The notes beneath the pieces are model-generated. The model searched no databases. It was not told the DNA's origin and saw nothing but the letters and a program-made list of their open reading frames with translations. Both the position numbers and the translations under genes were made by a program. This document shows, piece by piece, positions 1-10,900 of a DNA stretch of 64,000 nucleotides. The number at the start of each line of letters is the position of its first letter. Position 1 is the stretch's first letter. The DNA is from Phoronis australis (taxonomy: Eukaryota > Animalia > Phoronida). The stretch is taken from positions 474,852 through 538,851 of the forward strand of contig NMRA01000215.1 in NCBI GenBank assembly GCA_002633005.1, in the 5' to 3' direction.

Positions 1-1781
1 TATTCACAAGTGCCGGAGATAAACCGTAGGGTAGTGCCTGGGGACAGTCGAAAAAACATCGAAACAATTAAGGAGACGAGATCAAATTCAAGAGAACATT
101 TTTGTTAACTACACTATACCAGTGCTTTATTTACCCTTTGAGGGACCTGGCCAGGACATTGCTGTTTGAGGTAACCATTTTTACTGCATAAACGCACTTG
201 AAACCGCGCAATTAATCATTCATACATGCAATTTGAAAAAGTTTGTAAAATTTCTATAGCAGAGCTTTTGCAGAGCCTATTAATTCACAGGATTTTTAAA
301 TTCACCAAGACTGGCAATTTTAGGGATTGTAATGATACATATCTCCGGGGACTGCTTTATGGCAAGGTATAATGAAGTCATCTATCGTTGTTTTTTTGTC
401 GAAATTGTATATCACTGGAAGAAACTTGATAACAAGACAGATAGATTCAAGTGTTACTCATTTCCGATTTTTTGAAATGATAGAAACCCTTTCATACTTT
501 GTGACCCTGTCCTTAGATGGGGCCTCATGATGGCATCCATGCTGCCTCTGTGTTTTGTATTAATAACTTCTTAAGGGGCTGCTCACAGAGAGAAGGAGGG
601 AGGGAGGGAGAGGGAGGGGGGGAAAGTGGGAGGGAGAGAGAGAGAGAGCCCTATGGTGTGATTTCGCACAACATTTAAACTTACCTTAAGGAAGGTTACT
701 TCTCGGAGGCCACACAGTCTGTTTTTAATGATAGCCTTTCATATTAAGGCACTCCCTATCAGACTGGGTTCTCTCTTTCCCGTGTGAATCCGTCACTATG
801 AGCTATTCACGAAAAGAAGTAGGCCTACTCGGGCAAAATTACACATTTGCCGAGGAAGTCAAAGAAGATATGCTCATTTGAAGCATACGAGTATCAAGAC
901 ATGCGACCCAAACAACCCGATAATGTGAGATTGTATTAACAATAGCATCGACCGCCATCAGAAAGAAGTTTGGAGAGGCTAAGGTTATGAAGGACACTAG
1001 AAAATGCTCAAATGCGACTAACTTTATAACATCATACCTTTGAAATGGTAAATCGGATTCCCAAGAATGGTTCAGATACTGCGCTGTATGTACTGTTCTC
1101 CAATATGAAAGATTATATCAAAATAAAGGAAAAGAGTGAATGTCAAATAGTTTTTGCTTTCAGTAAAAACCGTTTTCTTAAATTTTAAAAATTGTCAACC
1201 ACTTCAATCTGTGAATAAAGGTTTTTTCGTTGGTTGAGTGTACGTTTTCAAGTCGTTTGGACGATCTAGACTGCAAAAATTGGGACACCCCTAACAAAAT
1301 GTCATGGCTAGGCCGGCCCGGCCCCGCCTGAGGATAATACTACTTGACAAATGTTCCGTTATTTTTTCCTGCATTTTCGCTGTTCATTTGTCTTCTCGTA
1401 TGACCCCAGCTTTGCTTCAATGCCGGTCGCCACGGATTCCCCTTGAGTTGACGCCTGCAAATTCTAATAACGTTATCGCCAGTAACAGACGTGTGATTGT
1501 ATTTTAACGGAAGAATCCTTTAGTTTGTTTTAAATAAGCTACTTCTGCAAAGCTATTCCTTGAAGATAAAGTTTCTGTACGTGACATTCAACAGTAAGGT
1601 GACTTTTTCTGGAGCGCGCGTCAGGTAAATTCTCATCCTTAACAGTTCCCAGAATTACCTCTTCGGTAACCAAGCCTGAAGTCGGGTCACTCCGAACAAC
1701 CAAACTGCGTCAATGAGCGGAAGATATAGGTCAAAGTGTACACCTACGTGATGGCGTGATTTGATGAATTGCGACCCAAGT

Positions 1782-1789
1782 TATAAATA
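1782..1789 (+). promoter_or_regulatory. TATA box of the alpha-amylase gene
   Basis: TATAAATA begins 34 nt upstream of the ATG at 1816, implying a very short 5' UTR. Confidence 0.55.
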
Positions 1790-1815
1790 CCCTTCAAATG
1801 ATAATCGAAAAGTTA

Positions 1816-1917
1816 ATGAACATGTCTGTAAAGTGGATAATCTTACTTTTGGGATTACTAGCGGTGTTAGCTGATGCGAGAACAGCAAAGGAATGGCAGA
1901 AGCGAATTTTGTATCAG
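1816..1917 (+). CDS. Alpha-amylase exon 1 (signal peptide)
   Basis: MNMSVKWIILLLGLLAVLADARTAKEWQKRILYQ, donor CAG|GTGAGA; alternative ATG at 1822. Confidence 0.9.
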
Positions 1918-4900
1918 GTGAGAACCATGAAGTGAGCAGTATACATCGGTAATGTGCACATATAGTGTAAATAGTCAGTGACTTGCCGCTGAGACAAATT
2001 TTCTAACCGGGATATGAAAACGTCTTCATCGAACAAGCAGCAAATAGGCATGCACCGAGATAATCTGGCAAATTCCTCTTCACTGCGTCCATAGATGTGT
2101 TTTACAATACACTCGATTGCGTCACACATTGTAGCTTTGCTATTCCGAATAGTCACAGAAGCACGACGAGAAATTCGCTACCCGACATCATGTTTTTTAA
2201 GCGATGCGCCCTGCGAGTTCTGATTGAACGACTGTCGTATGAGATCGAGAGTTGATGTAACAATAAAAAGGAGTACTCCTATAGTGAAATTGAAAATGGC
2301 CAGGGGTTGAGAAAGATCTGTTGGAAAGCATTAGGTCGCGAAAAGAAACCAATAAGGCAAGCTTATTCGATACTTGTGTAGATTATCATTTATTTTTCTT
2401 ATGTGAGTTTCATGAACCAGTGATAGGAGTAAACAACTAAAAATGTTGATTAAAATGCATATTTTTTGTAGTCACGAATGTTCCGCATAGGATGCATGTC
2501 GAACTCATGCTAGTACGACTCAGTAATGTAATGTGCATAAGTGGCGTTTCTCTTTGTGGAAAGGACTCTAGGTATGACAACAATGTACATGTAATATTGC
2601 GCAGTTGGAGGTATTTGTCAGTCGACTGAGTTGAGCTGATAAGCACTAAACGATGACTTCCTTGTTGCTGGGTTACAAGGTTGATAGTACGAAGCTCCGC
2701 GCCTTATCGCTTTCCCGAACACCTCGACAACTCACTCATTTCCAAAAGTGGCATGCTAGTTCGAGTACCAGTTTGCTCACAATTTCACCGTTCCGTAGAC
2801 TTTTTTTCAGACCGTATACGAAATCATCAAATCGTCTGGGAAAAAGAACCAAAATTAGATAGTTTTCGAAGTTTCAGTGCTTTTTCTTGGAGAATTGTGT
2901 CTCTTAAAGAGCGTATGCCAGGTAATACGGGTTGTTTGTGAAGCTGCTCAGAAGGGTGTCTCCCTTGCACAAATGACTAACAGTTTTGCACTAGTACCCT
3001 AAGTCCAGTTTTGTGTTCAGAAATTACTCAAGTTCAAGTACAGTTTTAAAACTCCTTTCCATAGATATTAACTGACCGCTTTAGTCATACGGATACTGAT
3101 CCAGAGCAACAATGTTCAGACCTCAGAAGTTTCTGCGGGGGAACCTTTAAGGGGATACAGAAGCGCCTCGACTACATCACTGGATTAGGTAAGTTCTGAT
3201 TTTAATAAAATCTGGCCAAGGAAGTTATACTAATCATAATAATTACATTGAGAGGTCTCTTCATACCAAGATGATTTTTGTTTACACATTGCCAGTATAA
3301 ACAGGCGTATGAAATTCCTTGGTTCCTGGAAATCAAACCCTTTGACGTCACTGGTGACTTCTGAGGCTTGGTACAGCACACTATAAGGACGGTTTTGATT
3401 GGATGACGTTTGGCTGTTTTTAATGAACCAGGAAGTTAACGTACATATACAAATGCGGTAAACATGGCCCGAAAGTATCATCGCTATTTTAGTTTAATTA
3501 TTTTTTTTATTTTTCCTTTTCCACCTGGGTGAAAATTATTTCAACCTAGGCAGTGCACAGTTCTCGTTGGGTTTTGCCTGGCAGTACACGCGTCAATGGG
3601 CTAATAGCCTTTCTACCACTCTAACGAAAACTCTATGAAGACATCGAAAAGTGATGAGTTGTTTCATATAAAAACTATTTCACATAACCATAAACTTTTT
3701 CTTTCTCCTATCTTTAACCCTTTCACCGAAAAAGAAAGCGAGAAAAGGTGGCAAAAACGCAATATTGACAGTTTTCATCCCCAAACCGCCACTTCCCTGT
3801 CAACACTAGACTTACATGTTGTACATGTACGCCAACACTAAATTCTGAAAACAAATTTCCTACATTTAAAAACATTTCAATGTATATACAAAGGACAATT
3901 GGGGAACGAAACTTTAAGTTTTTAATGGCTGTGTACAGTACTAATGCATGTATGAAGTTTGTATATACTATTCTGAACTGTGGTCCAGTGGCCTCTTGTT
4001 GAAACAAAGTTATTCTAAATATCATATCATAAACCATCTTTTTGAGGAAAGTATATTTACAACCGAACTAATTTTCAACCGTATGTGTACAGACATATGT
4101 GCAGTAATACTACTGGTGATGGCTTCCTCAAAACTTCAGTCAAACCCGACCTACTTACTACAGTTATATGTGGTAGTTCTTTGATTTCTAGACAATACAA
4201 ATCGGTAGCGGATACAGCCTAACAGCACAGTGCCACCAGAACGTAAAGCCCGGTGAGCTATCTGCTTGAATTGCAACATTATCAACAAACAGGGCTGCAA
4301 GGAGTGTAACAATCCCCTCTCAAAGTGAACTTACGTTTTCACCGAGAAACGTAAGTTCTTGGTCTGAAAAACGTAGGTTTTTAATCTCTAAAGCTTAGGT
4401 TTTTGGCACAAACTTTAGTATTATGGAAAATTTTTTTGGAACAATCTTAAGATGTCACAACTTAAATTTCCAAACATACGATTTCCAAAACTTAAGTTCT
4501 TACATGAAAATTCAAGTTTGTTCCAAAATGTTGTTCCAAAATACTTCAGTTTTTGAAAAAAATAAGCTCCAAAACTTACGTTTTAGAATAATTGAAAGAA
4601 CTTTTAAGTTTAAAAACTCTGAAATCCGAAATATCCTACATTTCAATACGCATACGTTTCAATAAAAGAAGTTTTCAAAAATTTTTCACTAAATTTTTAT
4701 AAACAAGAAAGAAGTGCAGTAACAACTTTAATGATGTTCATGCATCCTGTTAACATTCTATTAACTTTGATTAATTGCATAAAATGTGATGTTTTGGTAT
4801 AATAATTGGGAATGCTTGAACTGCAAGAACCACCAAAACTAAAAACATTTAAAAAATCGGTTCATTAACTGTCAAAAATCAACGTACTCACAACTAAAGC

Positions 4901-7900
4901 TAATTATATGTACTTTTATGCATCTCTCTCTCAGTCTATGACATTATGTAAGAATTGAGGGACATAAATGGAACGTGTATACAGAGAAAGGACTAATTAC
5001 TAAATCATGAGTCGAACCAAAAGAAAAAATGAGTATATGGCTAGGACTACAACGAAACTTAATGCTTCATCAGCAAGGACATTTTCTTCTAAACTTACAG
5101 GAATGGCACCATAAATAACAAATCACAGAACATACAAAGCCAAGAACATCCCCAAAACCTGTTAGAGACAAGAGCATTAAGTAAAATATAGAACAGGTAA
5201 CTGAAAGTTTGTTGGCAAGGGTCATAGGTGCGATCTTTGAGAAGCACTGTTGGACTCTTCCTGCAATTTCCGGTCTAGAAACTGCTTAGGGTTACCCATC
5301 ATGATTTTCAGCTGATCAAAATATAATTCTTATCTCGGAGTTTCATTTTTGTTGACAGTCATAGTAAAATTAAACCCTCTACACCAATTGCGCGCGAACA
5401 TGTTTCAGAAAAATTAGCCCCGTAAATGCAATATGGAGGTTATACATACAAAGTGGAAATTAGAAAACTGTGACACTTGATAACACGTTCGTCGGTCACT
5501 TATGAGGTCGTCATTTTGCTAGAAAAGGCTGGCTGGTAAGCTCCTGAGCTTACTCGCGAGACAATCGCTTTTCACTCTGATTTAGACCCCGGCCCCAGGT
5601 TCACCAAAGTTGCTCTGACTCATCCCCGAAGTCATAGAACAACGTTGACATTTGTTGTTGTGCTGGATAAAGTCCACATTCTACTTGGCATGTATTTAGG
5701 AATAATCCTAATTATGTCACCCTGATAATTTTTTAATTTGCATAGCTCAGTTTCTTACATTTTCTGAGTGTTATCAGTTTAACTTCCGGTGATATCGGTA
5801 AGTCGATCTTCGAATTGTCTCTAAAGTAACATGCAATCTGACGACACTAAAACATAATCAAAACTAAAACCCAGTTTATTATACCATGTTTTAGGTGCCA
5901 ACGCAATTTGGATTTCACCAGTGGTGGAAAACACACCGGGAGGTTACCATGGTTACTGGGCAAAGAACATTTTCAAGATAAATCCTCATTTTGGTACCGA
6001 AGACGATTTGAAGGAGCTCATAGCCGAGTGTCACAAAAGAGATGTTTGGGTTATGGTCGACGTGTAAGCTGTTATTTTGAGTGGATATACCACTGAGTTC
6101 CTCATTCTTTACCTCATTACCCGAGGCAAAGCCTAACTCTAGTTTTCATCTACAGCGCAGGTGTCATTTTTCAGATGGATCATGGGACAATTGTCGGCTC
6201 GTGAACATCCGGTGACGTTATAGAAACTTGAAAACAAGACGGGTTCATAACAAGCTCACAATAGTAAAAAATGAAGTGAGCTACACGTACCTATGCATCA
6301 AAACGTGCCGAGAGTGGCGTAGATGAAGTAATATCCCACGAGACATTGTTCTGCGTTTGAACCAAGACCGACGGTCACCGAAGGTCGCGGTCGATGCGCG
6401 GTAAAATGCCGAATGGGATATTACTTCATCTAAGCCAATCCATCTACGTTTAGTATTTATCCCATACCTTCGAATTCCTAAGATTCTTTCATTTTTTCGG
6501 CAGATATTTTAAAGGCAAAGGCAACCTTTTTCCATGTCATTTTGAGCTAAAATAAGGTTGGTTGGTTGGTTATCCTAGACATATTTTCCACTTAATTACA
6601 GCTTTTCGTAATTTTACAAATTACTCGTCCGCAACTCCGGAAGTGACGTTTAGGAGGCAAGCGTTTCCCGCCACTTGGTTTTGCGTTGACTTTACCGTGC
6701 GACTCTGTTCTATTCTACTTTTGTTTTGTGGTCTTTTTCAACAATTGTCACCACCACTATCCATCGGCGAGTATTCTGCGACAAGATAGGTTAGTAAAGA
6801 ACTCAACTACGTTGGATTTGGGGATTGTTTAGTGTGTTGTAAGCTGAAAATGGCTGGAGTCGGTGACCCGTATCACAGTGACAGTAGTGTGAGTGACGGA
6901 GACCTTGTTCACAGCAGTGGTGACGAGGAATTTTTTCACGGACATTCAGTGGGTGGGTACATTTTTGAGCCCGAGTATAACGAGGCAGAGTACGCACAGG
7001 CACAGGGAGCTGTTGAGAGACCCGATGCGGCTTCTGAGGACAGACGTGGTGACACATCTTGGTGCAAATGCACTATGTGCGTTGTTATGCCTACCTCAAT
7101 GGAATGTTTGTGCTGTTCAGAGTTTGACGAGGCCAAGCCACTACTGGACATGGTTAAGTGGACCTCCGGCATACCACGGACAGACGAACAACTGTTCCAC
7201 TTGCCAGAGTGTCCCGCGACACACTTCCTCTGGATGGTGACCTGAGCACCCAAACTGCTTACACCGTGTCGTGTGACTCCGTCGCCACACACCTGGCACC
7301 TTCTAAATAGCTCCAACACTTTAGACAAGTCCACAATAAACTTATCAAAGTTTGGCTCACCGATCTGTTCACTGGACGACGAACTGTCCTCTTCACTGGG
7401 TGTCGAACTGAGCCTGTAATCACTCCCACTACTCAATATCGCTGCAGGGCTGCTTAGAGGCTCTGGGCTGGAGAAAACAGCACAGGGCGAATCACTACTG
7501 GTTCCAGGAATTGCACGCTCTGGGGTACGTTCGGAGGCACGGGTGACAGTAGATGAAGTGCCTCCACTGGCTCCAGTCACTGTACTGGCCACAGCTCGCG
7601 AGGCTTCTCGCTTCAAAAACGCACTTCTCGGGGGTGGCGACGGGGCACTGCCGGGAATCAACACAGACGGAATGGCATCCTTCTTCAAGCGTTGTTTCGC
7701 GGGGACCTTCATCAGTTCAGCGTACAAATCCCTTTCGTAATCGGACGGCAGAAAGTGCTTGCCACACACACGGTAATTCTCCACTGCTTTGTACGTTGCG
7801 TGGACGGGTAACGCTGCGTTCTTCACACGAACGAGCCAAGTACGGCGAAGTGTGTCATCCATCGGAAAGCGATGCAAAGGCACTCCCAAAGCGCGCGTGA

Positions 7901-10900
7901 GCCGATAATTACTACATCCCGGTACGCAGCAACAGTGTGGCATGTTGACTGACTAGTAAATGAAAGCAAACGACGACGGAACTTAACACAACCGAGGTAG
8001 AACAATGACTGACTCGGCAGCTATCACAGTCAGACTATATGAAAAGAAATTGGCGCGAAATGCTTGCCTCCTAAAACGTCACTTCCGGAGTAGCGGACGA
8101 GTATCTAATAAAATTACGAAAAGCTGTAATTAAGTGGAAAATATGTCTAGGATAACCAACCAACCTTATTTTAGCTCAAAATGACATGGAAAAAGGTTGC
8201 CTTTGCCTTTAAGTACTTCACCCAAGACTGTTTAAGTGGCGGATCACACCTTGCATGTGTGTACTTACACGTTAGGTTACAAATTTTCTCTAGTAAAAGA
8301 AACAGTTTTAAATACAACTATTTATCACTTGAAAGGAGATAAAAAAGATGAAAACAATGCACTGTGCTTGTAGAATTTCCTGAAAATAGTTAAATTTAAA
8401 TAACAACAACATTTGAGTAGTTACTGAAAAATTGGCGCCTGAGTTGCAGACGCTTGAAAACTGAGACAGAAGTGTCATATAGTTAACAGTTTTGTTCCAG
8501 ATGTTACGTTTGGAACCTGGTTTCTTGTTGCGTGTTATTTATACTGCTGCAATTGTATTGCGTTAGACTGTTTTGGGAAAGGTTGATGATCGAACCGGCT
8601 AACGGCGTTGAGTCGACATTGACCTACCTTTCTAAGTCAGATTGAGGACTGTTAAAGTAGTCCGGGGGGGGAATACGGAAATATATCATACGGCCATATT
8701 GCACTCGACTGATTCAACGAGTATGGGATTAATAAACTTTTATGGTACTATTTTGCGCGAAAGATGCTCCAGGCACGCGCCATCCGATCACACAAAAATT
8801 ATATCTCACCACCTAAAGCGCCAAGCCTGTTGCGTAGACCCAAGAAACTCGCGAAAGCGCTTTTGTGTGACTTCAAGAAATTTCACCATGTGTTACTTGC
8901 AAAGCACAGGATCACACGACTAACTTAACTCGCAGCGCTCTTGCGTCTTCGAAACGTATCCCAGTTGTCTTTAGTTTTCAGTGACGTCTGTGGATGTTCA
9001 CAAGCGGCCCCACAATATTTTTGAAAAGCGACAGCAGCATCCTAATTGAAATCCCCGAATTATATGAGACTGATTATTGTGTGTTTGTATTACAGTTTCA
9101 AATTCTCCTAGTTTATCCATGCCAAATTGTTAGAAAATAAAAATCAAACAATCCTTTTTAAATCTCCCAAGGCGCATTGGTTAGCATTGACTACTGAACG
9201 AGTGGGTGGGGCGGGTGGGGGTTGGAGAGGGCAGCACTGCAACAGCCTGGGGTCTAATCTTTCACATGCCAAATGACGTCGTATCGGGCTCGCGAGGTAA
9301 TGTATAACTTGCGACAGCCATGCGAAAGGCGTAAGCGCGTCGCAATGTTATCACCTGCGTCTCAAGTGTCCTCACGGGATTAGAAAATACATAACCCCAA
9401 CAAATAAGCCTACATCATTTCGATCAAATTGTTTAATTACAACTTACCAAATTTTTCTATCCAAACCTGACGGCCGGGAATAATAGCTGCTCTTTATCAT
9501 TTTTAAAATGGTGAGTATCGGGAAGAATTCCAACACATTTTTGCGCACGAGGTACGTTGTACACGTCTGTGCTATGAATTTCGGACCTATCACTTTGCAA
9601 ATTGCGCCATTGTCACAAAAACGTTCTCAAATCTGAATACTGCATATCCAATACTTTTTCTATTCCATAACGCGAGGTGTTCCCGTCTACAAATTCCCAC
9701 GAACAGATATTCGTGACAGCTATAAAACGACATGCCAGTTTCATTTCTTTGACGACCCCTTCTTTAAGGTGATGTGCTCGAGCCCCTCTCACTGAATCTG
9801 CCTACGATTGAATTTTGTTCACAATATCTTATTTCATCCCTTGCGATTTCAACGTTTTTGATGCGCAGGCGTTTTCTTCGGCACGTGCTTAATTTTCTCG
9901 TGCACTCTATTCTTGTGAGGTGTACGAACTCTTTTCTCATAAACCGCAGTTCCTTTTACGAGTGACAAGAGCCACATGTTGCACGTGCTTGGAATTACAT
10001 GTATTTAGTATGCGTTTTGTATATGTATAATTATGCACCATATGAGGAAAGAGCTGTGTTCGTGAGAACAGAATTGTGGCATAGGAGTAATCATGATCTG
10101 CAGGTCGTGTGAAAAGAACTTTGTTAATGAGAACGCCTTTACTGTCTGTGAGAGTGCAATTTGTCTATACTCTGTCATCTACCTTATGTTATGCATGTAC
10201 ATGCAGGGTTGCCAATCATATGGGATACCCAGGATCTTGTAACTGGACAGACACGTGTACCGACGCTCAGCTCCAGGATTATCACGACTTTGTCCCATTC
10301 AACGAAACGGAACATTATCACTCGCTGTGTCACATACGCAACTGGAATAATCAAACCGAGGTTAGCGAGTGACGTGGGTATCCAACAATCAAACTTTGTA
10401 GATTATCGCGTTTGATGATGACTATTAGAGGCATTATCTATGTCAACAACTGCATAGATCTGGTGTTTAGAAAACTGATCTTTCATTAACTAGGTCTGTG
10501 CCATTTATTGTCCCTTTAAGGACGGGGCAATGACTTTGTTGACAAGGCGGGTTCGCTATAGTCGCTATGGGTGGATTAAAGTGAATACGAGCTATTACTT
10601 GTTTCTAAGCCATTTGACTATAAGCAGCAATTGGACACCTAGTTAATATCCATGAGTGGTGAGAATCAAAATTAGATTTTTTGTGACAGAAGACGGCTTG
10701 ATCAGTTGCGGTTTGATAACTGGTTTCTTCTGCTTCCGTTACTCCCAACTTTATCCGAAAATCGAGGACATTCAAAGACTATTATAAAGTAAGCAAAACA
10801 TTCGCCGTCTCTCTTCATTTATGCTAACTCTGGTATTTTCCTAGCGTCTGTGCCCTGGCATTCCAACGACCAGAGTCAATCACTTGTTTCTGTTTTACGT

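Larger units (their letters stand above)
6513..8208. mobile_element. Kolobok-type DNA transposon, internally deleted (non-autonomous), in amylase intron 3
   Basis: TTAA TSD at 6509-6512 and 8209-8212; termini AGG...CCT; near-identical TIRs of about 160 bp; convergent THAP-transposase and KolX-like ORFs; no DDE core. Confidence 0.88.

Noticed and set aside
6832-6849. Upstream GTG start of the KolX ORF, and GTG start at 25561 for the GPCR
   Set aside because: Artefacts of a bacterial-style ORF caller; the ATGs at 6850 and 25546 are preferred.
6513-8208. piggyBac or P element
   Set aside because: TTAA fits piggyBac but the ends are AGG, not CCY; THAP fits P but the TSD is not 8 bp. The combination with a KolX-like ORF fits Kolobok.
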